Shown here: positions 12,063 to 21,570 of the stretch, piece by piece | Layout: the number at the start of each line of letters is the position of its first letter | Position numbering within the stretch: the stretch's first letter is position 1 | Source: an uncultured Chloroflexia bacterium | GTDB taxonomy: Bacteria > Chloroflexota > Anaerolineae > CG2-30-64-16 | Direction: 5' to 3' | Length of the DNA stretch: 64,000 nt | Assembly: GCA_963695715.1 (NCBI GenBank) | Contig: CAVOHP010000003.1 | Location: 12,991-76,990 of the forward strand | Program-made: the position numbers and the translations under genes | Notes under the pieces: model-generated | Told to the model about the DNA's origin: nothing | The model's database searches: none | The model's input: only the letters and a program-made list of their open reading frames with translations

Positions 12063-13121
12063 TCAGTCTACCGGTTGCCCGGCCACTATGTCGCGCGTGC
12101 GAAACCGGTTGACGGCCTGGCCCAGCGATGTGCCATGAATCCACAACGCGATCAAACCGACCACGCACAGGGTGAGGTAGTTGATGCCATGCCACACGAT
12201 GGCAAATGTCAGCGCCGCTTCTTTCGGCACGCCAAACGGCCCCAGCGCGACGGTCGTCAGATATTCGAACACGCCGATGTAGCCGGGCGATGATGGCACC
12301 AGCATCCCCAACGTGGTGATGACCACCGCCATGATGATCGCCGTGAGCGGGGTCTCGAGATTGACCGCCATCGCGGCCGTCCACCCCATCGCGATCACGC
12401 CGACCCAGGCGATCAGCGACAACGCCATCTGGAGGAGGCCAAACCGGCCGCGCAGCGCCGCAAAACCGTCAATCAGGTTCTCGATGGCAGAGTAGATCGC
12501 AGGGCGGTCCAGGAATGAGATCTTGCCCAGGATGGCGTGCGCCCACCGCATGAGCCGGTCCTTCTGGTAAGACATCAGCGCCAGAACGCCCGCGCCCACC
12601 AGGGCCACCACGCCGATCGCCTGAAGGCTGCGCATCATCAGCGGCGGCAGGTCCACGAAGGGCAACACGAAGAGCATGACGATGAGCAGCGACAGGATAT
12701 CGAGGACCCGTTCGACGACGATCGTCGAGAGGGTCCGGGCGCCGCTCACCGGCTCATCGCTGACCAGCAGCACCAGGCGAACCAGCTCGCCCATGCGCGC
12801 CGGCAACACATTGCTCGCGAGATAGCCGCCGGCCATCGCCGTGAACACGGAGCTATAGCGCGGGTGATACTCGGGCAAGAACAGGAGCTGCCACCGCCAC
12901 GCCTTGAAAAAAAGCAGGGCGATCGTGGCGGCCACACACGCCAGCACCCAGCCCAGGTTGGCTGTGCGGATGCCCTGCCACAGGACGGCCAGATTGATCC
13001 CGCGCAACGCCAGCGCCAGAAAGCCCAGGCTGATGGTGATTTCAAGGGTGCGCTGCAAGATCGCGCGCCGCCGCGATCCGCCTCGCGCTGCGGGTTGTTC
13101 AGGACTGACGGGTGCGCTCAC
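12063..13121 (-). CDS. Flippase-like membrane protein (lysylphosphatidylglycerol synthase TM family)
   Basis: KAWRWQLL, NVLPARMGE, VVERVLD, PSSPGYIGVFE. Confidence 0.88.
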   Translation of the reverse strand: MSAPVSPEQPAARGGSRRRAILQRTLEITISLGFLALALRGINLAVLWQGIRTANLGWVLACVAATIALLFFKAWRWQLLFLPEYHPRYSSVFTAMAGGYLASNVLPARMGELVRLVLLVSDEPVSGARTLSTIVVERVLDILSLLIVMLFVLPFVDLPPLMMRSLQAIGVVALVGAGVLALMSYQKDRLMRWAHAILGKISFLDRPAIYSAIENLIDGFAALRGRFGLLQMALSLIAWVGVIAMGWTAAMAVNLETPLTAIIMAVVITTLGMLVPSSPGYIGVFEYLTTVALGPFGVPKEAALTFAIVWHGINYLTLCVVGLIALWIHGTSLGQAVNRFRTRDIVAGQPVD

Positions 13122-13162
13122 AATCTGACTTCCATTGACCCGAATTGACTACAAACGCCACG

Positions 13163-13191
13163 ATTATAGCATCGGGCGCGGGCAACGACAA
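13163..13191 (-). promoter_or_regulatory. Sigma70-type promoter of the glycosylation operon
   Basis: TTGTCG-N17-TATAAT with extended TGn on the minus strand. Confidence 0.6.
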
Positions 13192-13243
13192 AGACCATGC
13201 CCCCATGCTGCGCGCATCGAGACGTGAAACCTCACCATGAAGC

Positions 13244-14839
13244 TTATCGGTTATACGGGAAACCGGGCGGCGGGTAATTGGGAAGCACCCAGCGAATCTG
13301 CCGGGGCGCGGGGGGCGGGTCCAACACGTATACATCAACCCAGCGATGCCATGACTCGTAATCATGGTCCTCGAAGCCGAGATCAATCCACTTGCCGCGC
13401 ACACCGCCGCCGGTGTCGCCGGCAATCGCAATCCCATAGCCGGGGACGTAGACCTTGCTTCGCATCGGGATGACGCTGGTATCTACAGCGACGATGCCCT
13501 TGCGCAGCGGGAGGCCCAGGCGCGTGCGGCCATACCAGGGCGCGGATTTCGGCGTGCCGGAACGCTTGGGCGAGTAAGAGGTCGCGTACATCCGCATCTT
13601 GCGCCAGTAGGTGACGGGGCCTTCGGGCGTATCCAGGGGCTTCGAGACAAGTTTCCGACCGTAGGCGTTCATATGGGTGACCGGCTCGGCCGCGACCCAG
13701 GCGTCCGTCATCTCCCGGCTCACTTCGACGCCGTTCTCTTCCACCACTTTGTAGCGCGTTCGGAACTCGCCATCCTGCCCCTGTTGGGCGAGGCGCTTCT
13801 GATCGAGCTCCAGATTGTCATCCGGGACCATGATGGACTCGTAGGGGATGATCTCGCGTTCGACGAGGACGGATTCACGCACGCGGGTGACGGCGATCTC
13901 CATGTGGTCGGTCAGGCGGCTATCCAGCGCGGGCGAGACCCGGTCGGACCCGGCAACGTAGAGACCCAGATCCACCAGCGCGTCGCCGACGCTCTTGCCG
14001 CGGGTGCGCGTGCGGACGCGGTGACCATCGGCGTCAACGACCACCGACTTCGAGCGTGAGATGAACACGCGCTGCCCGGCGGTGACGGGTGTGCCTAACG
14101 CCGGTTCAACCTGATCGCCAAGATAAAGCGTCAGTTCCGCGTCGAGCAGCGCCTCGCCAATGGTGGGCGCCGTCGTGTAGAGCGTGTAAGGCACCGTCCC
14201 GTCATCCACTGTGATGGGGACGGAGCGGAGGACGGAGACTTTCGGCCCGACGGGCAATGCCGCTTCCCAGGCGCGCGCCGGCACAGCAGAAGAGGCTGTC
14301 GTGACCTCGCTGATCTTTTGCCCGCCCAGCGGCGTGGCAAGCGTCGCGGCGTGCGATCCCAATCGAACCTGGTCGCCCGATTTGAAACGGATGCCCGCCT
14401 CGGCCAGCAGTTCGCCGACCGTCGTCGCGTGGCTGTAAACCTTATGCGCCGCGCCGTCCGCCTCGATGACAACCGGGCGGGCGCGCCGAATGGTGATGCG
14501 CATATCCTCGTCGAGCGGCGTATCTGCCGCCGGTTGGAGATGATCTTCGGGGCGCAACTCGATCCCCAGGTCGGACAAAAGCGCGCCGACGGTGGGCCGG
14601 AACGATGTGACCACGTCGGTCTGCCCGTCAACGCTGACGATCACCGATAGCCGCTCGGCGGTCGTCCAGCGCACGGCGATGACTATGGCCAGCGCGAACA
14701 CGCCGACCGCCGCCAGCCGCATTAATAGCAGCCACGGAACCTGAGCGACGATGGAGGGAACTTGAGGCGCAGCAATGCCATGACTCTGGCCTTGCTCAAC
14801 GCTGACCGCATACGCGGTTTCTTCGGAAGTCGAATACAT
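13244..14839 (-). CDS. YabE-like cell-wall protein: TM anchor, repeated ubiquitin-like DUF348 domains, G5 domain, 3D domain
   Basis: Repeated TVGxLLxxxGI units; ATSYS...VAVD...IP...YVPGYG...AGDTGG...WIDL 3D motif. Confidence 0.88.
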   Translation of the reverse strand: MYSTSEETAYAVSVEQGQSHGIAAPQVPSIVAQVPWLLLMRLAAVGVFALAIVIAVRWTTAERLSVIVSVDGQTDVVTSFRPTVGALLSDLGIELRPEDHLQPAADTPLDEDMRITIRRARPVVIEADGAAHKVYSHATTVGELLAEAGIRFKSGDQVRLGSHAATLATPLGGQKISEVTTASSAVPARAWEAALPVGPKVSVLRSVPITVDDGTVPYTLYTTAPTIGEALLDAELTLYLGDQVEPALGTPVTAGQRVFISRSKSVVVDADGHRVRTRTRGKSVGDALVDLGLYVAGSDRVSPALDSRLTDHMEIAVTRVRESVLVEREIIPYESIMVPDDNLELDQKRLAQQGQDGEFRTRYKVVEENGVEVSREMTDAWVAAEPVTHMNAYGRKLVSKPLDTPEGPVTYWRKMRMYATSYSPKRSGTPKSAPWYGRTRLGLPLRKGIVAVDTSVIPMRSKVYVPGYGIAIAGDTGGGVRGKWIDLGFEDHDYESWHRWVDVYVLDPPPAPRQIRWVLPNYPPPGFPYNR

Positions 14840-14968
14840 ATGTGGAGTTTAGATTACGTGCTCAACAGCCGCCGGCCGCGATAATGAGGGCACGGCAGAC
14901 TGCCGGGTCGCCGACGCCGGTCACACATTTGCTTGCGTCGGGGGCCAATCATACCTCAGGAGCAAATA

Positions 14969-15250
14969 ATGGACAAGTTATCTCATGTCGAGATCGAAAC
15001 ACGCCTGGCGAAGATCGAAGGCTGGCAGCGTGAAGGCGATGCGATCACCCGCACGTTCACCCTGCCGGGCTTCCCCGCCGCCCTGCTCTTTGCCTCGGCG
15101 GTCGGCCAGTTGGCCGAGCGCCGAAATCACCATCCCGACATCCTGATCAAATATCGCGACGTCACCCTGACGCTCTCCACGCACGACGCCGGCGGCCTCA
15201 CGGTCAAAGATTTCGAGCTGGCGGGCGACATCAACGCCATCGCAGCGTAA
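14969..15250 (+). CDS. phhB: Pterin-4-alpha-carbinolamine dehydratase
   Basis: AERRNHHPDI...LSTHDAGGLTVKD; AGGAG RBS upstream. Confidence 0.92.
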   Translation: MDKLSHVEIETRLAKIEGWQREGDAITRTFTLPGFPAALLFASAVGQLAERRNHHPDILIKYRDVTLTLSTHDAGGLTVKDFELAGDINAIAA

Positions 15251-15260
15251 TCGAACGAGC

Positions 15261-16196
15261 TCATGTGAAGTAGAAAATGAGGATGACGACGAGCCCGAAA
15301 AGCACGACATCCATGAGCAGCGGGCGGTCTTTGAGCAGCACCGCATCGGGCGGGTCGGTCTCGCCCTTCACGTGGATGAGATAGAGATACCGAAACAGCC
15401 CGTAGAGCACGAACGGGATCGTCAGCATCATCAGATGGTTGGGCGGCAGGTTCGGCGCGGAAAACGTATAGAACGAATAGGCCATAATCGTGCTGGAACT
15501 GACCAGCGCCAGCATCTCGTCGAGGAAGCGCAGATTGTATTCCTGCAAGATAGCGCGCGTTTCGACGCTCGATCCTTCAAGGAGCACGATCTCTTGCCGG
15601 CGCTTCCCGATGGCGAGGAACAGCGCCAGCAGCACCATGCAGACGTAGAGCCACGGCGAGAACCGCTCGGCGTCAATCGCGACCACGCCCGCCGCTACCC
15701 GCAGCACGAACCCCGCGGCCAACGTCAGCACATCCACGATCACGATATTCTTCAACCGGAACGAGTAGGCGATCATCAACACGAGATAACCGTAGAGGAT
15801 CAGCGCGAAATCGAGGCCGAGCCAGAGCGCACCGGGAATCGTCATCAGGAAGAGAATGACCGCCCCGATGATCGCCAACTGAGGATTCAGTGCGCCCGAA
15901 GCCAGCGGGCGATTGCGCTTGGTCGGATGCTGTCGGTCTTTCTCGATGTCTACCAGGTCGTTGATGATATAGACGACGCTGGTGACCACGCAGAACAGGA
16001 TGAACGCGACCAGGGTCTGCAAGAATGGCAGCGGCTGAAACAGCTTACGGTCGAAGATCAGGGCGGCCCAGACGAAAAGGTTCTTCGTCCATTGCTTCGG
16101 GCGCATGGTGCGCAGCAACAGCACGGCCTGGGAAGAAGCCGCGCCGGCGGGTTTTTCGGTTTCACGCACGTCTGTCGCCTCGTTCATGCCAACCAT
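15261..16196 (-). CDS. UbiA-family decaprenyl-phosphate phosphoribosyltransferase-like protein
   Basis: RPKQWTKN, YIINDLVDIEKDRQHPTKRNRPLASG, GFVLRV, KRRQE. Confidence 0.9.
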   Translation of the reverse strand: MVGMNEATDVRETEKPAGAASSQAVLLLRTMRPKQWTKNLFVWAALIFDRKLFQPLPFLQTLVAFILFCVVTSVVYIINDLVDIEKDRQHPTKRNRPLASGALNPQLAIIGAVILFLMTIPGALWLGLDFALILYGYLVLMIAYSFRLKNIVIVDVLTLAAGFVLRVAAGVVAIDAERFSPWLYVCMVLLALFLAIGKRRQEIVLLEGSSVETRAILQEYNLRFLDEMLALVSSSTIMAYSFYTFSAPNLPPNHLMMLTIPFVLYGLFRYLYLIHVKGETDPPDAVLLKDRPLLMDVVLFGLVVILIFYFT

Positions 16197-16213
16197 TGCT
16201 CCATCATGTGGGG

Positions 16214-16242
16214 ATGATACCCCAGCGAAATCCCGCGGTCAA
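16214..16242 (-). promoter_or_regulatory. Sigma70-type promoter of the UbiA-family gene
   Basis: TTGACC-N17-TATCAT. Confidence 0.55.
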
Positions 16243-16357
16243 CTGTCAATCCGCGCTTTTCCCGGATTTGGGCCTTAGCCGCTTTGGCGCATTGCGCAGG
16301 CCACCCGTGTGACCGCCTGAAGGCTCAAATCCGGCGGCGCATTTCTCCGCATCACCT

Positions 16358-16386
16358 TTGACACTTGCGTGTCGCACCGCTAGAAT
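16358..16386 (+). promoter_or_regulatory. Sigma70-type promoter of tlyA
   Basis: TTGACA-N17-TAGAAT. Confidence 0.65.
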
Positions 16387-16402
16387 CACTGAGACGCCAA
16401 TC

Positions 16403-17236
16403 ATGACAGACGAACCCCTGCCCCCGACCCCACCCGGCCCGGCCAGACGCAAGGCCATGCGTCTGGATGAGTTGGTCGTCGCGCGCGGGCTGGCGCCGAC
16501 CCGTTCGCAGGCGCAACGCCTGATCATGGCCGGCGAAGTGAGCATCGAAGGCCAGGCGGCCGCCAAACCCGGCATGACGGTCGCGGAAGACGTGGCGCTC
16601 ACCGTCAAGCAGCCGTTGGCATACGTCAGTCGCGGCGGCCTGAAGCTCGAAGCAGCGCTCGATGCCTTCGGCCTCGACCCGACCGGCTGGGTCTGCGCCG
16701 ATATCGGCGCGTCCACCGGCGGCTTCACCGACTGTCTGCTCCAACGCGGCGCATGCCGCGTCTACGCCATTGACGTGGGCTACGGGCAGCTTGCCTGGTC
16801 CTTACGACAGGACGAACGCGTCATCTCCATCGAGCGCACCAACATCCGACATCTCGACCCTCTGCCCGAGCCGGTGCGCCTGGCGACGATTGACGTTTCC
16901 TTCATCGGCCTCCAGCTCGTGCTGCCCCATATCGCAACCATGCTGACGCCTGACGGGCACATTGTCGCGCTGATCAAGCCGCAATTCGAAGTGGGCAAGG
17001 GGCAGGTGGGCAAGGGAGGAGTCGTGCGCGATCCGGCCTTGCACCGGCGGGTGCTGACCGACCGGCTGCATGATGCGAGCGGGCTGGGGCTAAGTCCGGG
17101 CGGGTTGATTCGCTCTCCCATCAAAGGCCCGGCCGGCAACGTTGAGTTCCTGACCTGGCTGCGATTGGGCGACGCGCCCCCCGGCGAGGATACGATCAAC
17201 GGCTGGATTGCGGCATGTCTGGCGGATGACGCGTAA
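16403..17236 (+). CDS. tlyA: TlyA family rRNA (cytidine-2'-O)-methyltransferase
   Basis: S4 domain RLDELVV; [39 protein letters not shown]. Confidence 0.95.
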   Translation: MTDEPLPPTPPGPARRKAMRLDELVVARGLAPTRSQAQRLIMAGEVSIEGQAAAKPGMTVAEDVALTVKQPLAYVSRGGLKLEAALDAFGLDPTGWVCADIGASTGGFTDCLLQRGACRVYAIDVGYGQLAWSLRQDERVISIERTNIRHLDPLPEPVRLATIDVSFIGLQLVLPHIATMLTPDGHIVALIKPQFEVGKGQVGKGGVVRDPALHRRVLTDRLHDASGLGLSPGGLIRSPIKGPAGNVEFLTWLRLGDAPPGEDTINGWIAACLADDA

Positions 17237-17276
17237 GTGCGACGCCCGGATCGAGCGCCGCACCGGATCAGATAGT

Positions 17277-17705
17277 TCAGTCGGCGACCGGCGCAGGTCG
17301 CAACCCCATGTACACCGTGCCGCTCGCCACAGTGCGTAAGATCGTGCTCGCCTCACTCCACGGCAGTTGCTTTTCCAGATCGAGCGGCGACAGGGGCTGA
17401 TTGCCGTTCAGCAGGAAGATGCGGAACAGATTGGTGACCAGCGGGTTGCCGCGTCCGATGAAATCCGGGATGGTCGCGCATTCGGTGCGCAGGCATTGCA
17501 TCAACGCATCGCCCTGGATGACTTCCGCAGTCTGCGGATCCACCCAGTCGACCATTTCCGTGTTGCGATGATCGGGGAAACGATCCTGGCACGCCTTGCA
17601 CAACTGTCCGCGCACGGCGACGCGCACATCCTTACCGTTCGCTACCCACCAATCGTAATCTATATGGTACTTCGTCTCGACCGAAGGTCGTTTCCACACA
17701 GCCAT
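17277..17705 (-). CDS. Hypothetical protein with Cys cluster and possible C-terminal winged helix
   Basis: Clean 142-aa ORF with RBS; YHIDYDWW, LCKAC, VDWVDP, FRIFLLNGNQPLS. Confidence 0.7.
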   Translation of the reverse strand: MAVWKRPSVETKYHIDYDWWVANGKDVRVAVRGQLCKACQDRFPDHRNTEMVDWVDPQTAEVIQGDALMQCLRTECATIPDFIGRGNPLVTNLFRIFLLNGNQPLSPLDLEKQLPWSEASTILRTVASGTVYMGLRPAPVAD

Positions 17706-17731
17706 GTTGATTCTCTTTTCCGGGACAGGCC

Positions 17732-19311
17732 CTATACTGCGAGGCGGAACTCATCCTGCCCCACCGACTGGTACCGAGCATCGGTCGCAAGAGACGCAAA
17801 AATCGGGCCGGGCGTACACCGGCGCACGACGTTGAGCGTGCTGTAGATCGTGCGGGCGTTGACGCTGCCCTGTGTGCTGAGGCCGGCAAGCTCAGTGAAC
17901 ACTTCATACACGAGATCGTCTATCCGCGCATTCGCATACGTCGGGGTTTCGCGCAGCCTCGCGATTTCGGCGGGTGACTCATCGCCGATGATCATCAGTT
18001 CATCATGCTCGCAGGCGACTTCCTGCTTGCGCGGCTGGATGTCGAGCCGGCCGTCAACCACGTGCGCCCAACGCGTCCACTCACGCCGCATCCGGCGTGG
18101 GCGGAAATCAACCACGATCTCGTTCGAATCATCGCGCCGCTCCAGCACGATATACGCGCCCGCGGGGATCTTGTGCTGCTCGAACCAGCCTCGCAACCCG
18201 GCAATATACCTTCCCTCATGCACGACCCACGCCGGGAATCGTTGGCCCCACCGCCCATCAATGAGAGTGACCATGGTGCGCTCGCCGAAACCGCGCGGGA
18301 AGAAGGCTCGAGTGTGGCGATTCAGGGGCAATGTCCCGGCCACCAGGTGCGGATAGATCAACCGGATGGTCGGCGCTGGGTGTTGAGGGGCGAAGGCCGG
18401 ACGAGTCTACCTCAGCCACGCTCCACTCGTCGTCCAGGTCCCATTCCAACTGCTGTAGTGCGCCGCTCAACGCCGCCTTATCATACGCAATGGGAACATA
18501 CCGCAACGACGCCGGCATTTCCATCGCCTCGGCGGGTTCGAGGCGTTTGAGATACCACATCCGCTTGTCGCCGGGGCCAACCTGATCGAACCGGCCGTCC
18601 GCCTCCAACACGCTCTGCAAGGAGAAGGTCGCGATATCGTACGACAGCTCAGCCGGCAGCTCGATCTCTTTGAGCAATGCGTCCGTGTCAAGGGGCGCGT
18701 TACGCAACTCGATCAGGGCTTCGGCGATATTGAGATGGCCCACGTGAACCTCGGCCAGCAGATCGCGCGGGAGCCAGCGATCCTCGAACTGCGCGAACTC
18801 GTCGCGGCCGGTCAGCGCCTCTGCGAGCATTGCCGGCACATCTGCGGCGACGCCCCGCAACAATTCTTCAGGCGTCGCAAGATCGCCGGCAATGGCCTGG
18901 TCAACCAGGATCAGCATTCAGCTTATGGGGAGCCGCAAGCCGGGCGGCAAAGCTGCGCTTACGTCGGTCGGCCCCAAAATCCACCGTGATCACGTCGAAT
19001 TCGCCGTATTCGGGATTCTGGCCCGCCCGTGTCTCCACGACCTCGCCCAGCCTGTAATCCAGCGCGGGGAAAATCACCTTTGCGCCGATCGCGTAGGTTT
19101 TCTTCGGTTGATAGAGCTCGCCGCGAGACAACTCACTGCGTAATTGCGCTTCTTCTCGCCGGCAGCGCTCAGCGACCAGCTTCTCCGCCAACTCACGGGT
19201 GGTGAGCGGGGCGCCGGCGTCGAGAATCAAAGTATGGAGGAATTCAATATCATCCTGACTCAGGGTGGGGTCTTGCCAGTATTCCGGGGTCTGCGTGTTA
19301 CGTTGAATCAC
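17732..19311 (-). CDS. Hypothetical cytoplasmic protein (~525 aa) with repeated winged-helix-like segments; frameshifts ~18915 and ~18365
   Basis: Joined ORFs 18901-19311, 18258-18917, 17732-18361; GAGGAG RBS and extended -10 TGcTATAAT at 19367-19375. Confidence 0.7.
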
Positions 19312-19434
19312 CCAACGGTTCTCCTCTTCATCATGCCATAAATAATTCGTTTTGATCTAACGCATTATTATAGCAAGTTTTGTCTGCTTCACCAAATGAC
19401 CGGAAATTAAACGTGACTGCCCCCGCCGGCCGCG

Positions 19435-19698
19435 TTAGTGTTCTTCGTCTTCAGAATCTTCGACGTCTCCAGCGTCTTCTTCGTCTTCGGTGATCAGCGC
19501 CAGCGCCGCTTCCGCCGACTCCTCCGGGACCTGCACCTCCACAAGCCCCAACCCATCCACCGTCAGCCCCAACACCTGACCCACCGCTTCGTAGCGCAGA
19601 TAGGCCGGGATGCCGGCAAGCTCCAGTTTTCCCTTGATGACCTGCGCACCCAACATACCCTGTGAACGATAGATCGTGACGAACTGAGTTTCTGCCAT
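19435..19698 (-). CDS. DUF2007 (putative signal-transducing) protein with acidic tail
   Basis: AQVIKGKLELAGIP...VEVQVPEESAEAALALI; promoter TTGACA-N17-TATACA at 19740-19768. Confidence 0.8.
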   Translation of the reverse strand: MAETQFVTIYRSQGMLGAQVIKGKLELAGIPAYLRYEAVGQVLGLTVDGLGLVEVQVPEESAEAALALITEDEEDAGDVEDSEDEEH

Positions 19699-19835
19699 CG
19701 TGTCCTCCCTGAAACGCGTTTGCCCGTGGCCTCTACCCATGTATACGGTCTATGAGTCCCCCTGTCAAGAAACGCGCGGGGTTGGGCTGCAGATACGATT
19801 TTGCCCGCCTGTCGAACACGTGGGAAAATGGCGGC

Positions 19836-20306
19836 ATGGAACCGAACTTCCCCGACACGCCGGACACACGGTCCGACGATATTTATATCACGCCGGAGCT
19901 TACGATTCATCCTGATGAGTTGAGATACCGCTTCAGCCGCAGCGGCGGGCCGGGCGGGCAACACGTCAACCGCAGCGAAACCCGCGTCGAGTTGTTGTTC
20001 GACATCGCCAACTCGCCAAGCCTCACCGAAAGTCAACGCCATACCCTGCTGCACCGCCTGAGCAACCAGGTGGACACGAATGGGATGCTCCGTATCGTGT
20101 CATCGGCCACGCGCAGCCAGACCGAGAATCGCGAAGACGCGCTACGGCGGTTCCAGGCGCTGCTCGCCGGCGCGCTGAAGGAGCGTCGCCGCCGCGTGGC
20201 GACCCGCCCAACGCACGCCGCGCGCGAACGTCGCCTGCAAGAGAAGCGTCAGCACAGCACGGTCAAATCTACCCGCCGCAGCGTACGTGGCTTCGAAGAC
20301 GAGTGA
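19836..20306 (+). CDS. arfB: Alternative ribosome rescue peptidyl-tRNA hydrolase ArfB
   Basis: FSRSGGPGGQHVN (GGQ), RSQTEN, basic C-terminal tail. Confidence 0.95.
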   Translation: MEPNFPDTPDTRSDDIYITPELTIHPDELRYRFSRSGGPGGQHVNRSETRVELLFDIANSPSLTESQRHTLLHRLSNQVDTNGMLRIVSSATRSQTENREDALRRFQALLAGALKERRRRVATRPTHAARERRLQEKRQHSTVKSTRRSVRGFEDE

Positions 20307-20414
20307 GGCTTCTCTGATGCCCCCCTTGCTCCGGGAACATCGCCATCCTGGAATCGCCCATGCCGGGGCCGGCCACGAATTCGACGCCCAGGACCGCGCC
20401 TATACACACCGAAC

Positions 20415-20452
20415 AAAACACGGCCCGAACACGCCTGCGCGTTCGGGCCGTG
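20415..20452 (-). terminator. Intrinsic terminator downstream of fba (possibly bidirectional with arfB)
   Basis: 12-bp inverted repeat CACGGCCCGAAC/GTTCGGGCCGTG followed by a T-run on the minus strand. Confidence 0.7.
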
Positions 20453-20501
20453 AGTCTCTAACTTATATGATGGCGGGGTAGAGAAACCCACGTTTCCGTG
20501 C

Positions 20502-21458
20502 CTATTTGCCGGCAATTGCGGCGCGCACTTCGGACAGACGCCCGGCACACCCCAGTACCTCGCTCTTGTGAACGATGAAATCCGCATAGGCCGCCACGAA
20601 CTCTTTACCCGGCTTGCGGAAGTCAATCAACTCGGGCTGCGCCTGCATGCTCTCGCGGTGCACGCGATACCAGACGAGCCGCCCATCGGTGTCGATGTTC
20701 ACCTTCGTCACGCCCAGCGGCACGGCCCGGGCGAAATCCTCTTCTTGCACACCGCTGGCCGACGGATCGAGCTTGCCGCCCGCGGCATTCACGCGGATCA
20801 CTTCGTCCTGAGGCACCGACGAGGAGCCGTGCATCACGAGAGGGAAACCGGGCAACTCGGTCTGAATCTCGGCCAACCGGTCAATGCGGAGGCTTTGCTT
20901 GCCCTTGAACTTATATGCGCCGTGGCTGGTGCCGATGGCGACGGCCAGCGAATCGCAGCCGCTCTGCTCGACAAACGCTTTCGCCTCATCGGGATCGGTG
21001 AGGTGCGCGTTCTTCTCATCCACGTTCACGTCTTCTTCCACGCCGCCCAACTGGCCCATTTCCGCTTCGACGCTCAAGCCTTTGGCGTGGGCGCGCTCGA
21101 CGACACGGCGCGTCGTCGCCACGTTGCCCTCGAAAGGCTCATGCGACGCATCAATCATCACCGAGCTGAAGAAACCGGAATCAATGCAGTCGTAGCAGGT
21201 CGCCTCATCCCCATGATCGAGATGCACCGCGAAGATGGCTTCGGGGTACATCTGTTCGGCGGCCCGGATGATGGCTTCGATCATCGTCGCGCCCGCGTAC
21301 TGGCGCGCGCCCTTGGAGAGCTGAATGATGAGCGGCGCTTGCGCCCGGATGCTGCCCTGGAAGAGGCCCAACGCCTGTTCCATGTTGTTGATGTTGTACG
21401 CGCCGACGGCGTAGTTCCCGTAGGCCAGCTTGAAAAGATCAGCAGTTGTAACGATCAT
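20502..21458 (-). CDS. fba: Class II fructose-bisphosphate aldolase
   Basis: AVHLDHG, SVMIDAS, VEAEMG, AIGTSHGAYK, LVMHGSS, KVNIDTD. Confidence 0.95.
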   Translation of the reverse strand: MIVTTADLFKLAYGNYAVGAYNINNMEQALGLFQGSIRAQAPLIIQLSKGARQYAGATMIEAIIRAAEQMYPEAIFAVHLDHGDEATCYDCIDSGFFSSVMIDASHEPFEGNVATTRRVVERAHAKGLSVEAEMGQLGGVEEDVNVDEKNAHLTDPDEAKAFVEQSGCDSLAVAIGTSHGAYKFKGKQSLRIDRLAEIQTELPGFPLVMHGSSSVPQDEVIRVNAAGGKLDPSASGVQEEDFARAVPLGVTKVNIDTDGRLVWYRVHRESMQAQPELIDFRKPGKEFVAAYADFIVHKSEVLGCAGRLSEVRAAIAGK

Positions 21459-21521
21459 CCTCTTCCTAACTCCTTTGCGGCCAGTGCGGCCGATGATTAC
21501 GTGACTTCCAAGTCAGCTTGC

Positions 21522-21550
21522 AGTATACGCATCATGCGAGGCTCGCGCAA
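21522..21550 (-). promoter_or_regulatory. Sigma70-type promoter of fba
   Basis: TTGCGC-N17-TATACT; palindrome TGACTT-CC-AAGTCA just downstream at 21502-21515. Confidence 0.55.
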
Positions 21551-21570
21551 TTTCGCACGAGACGTTCATC

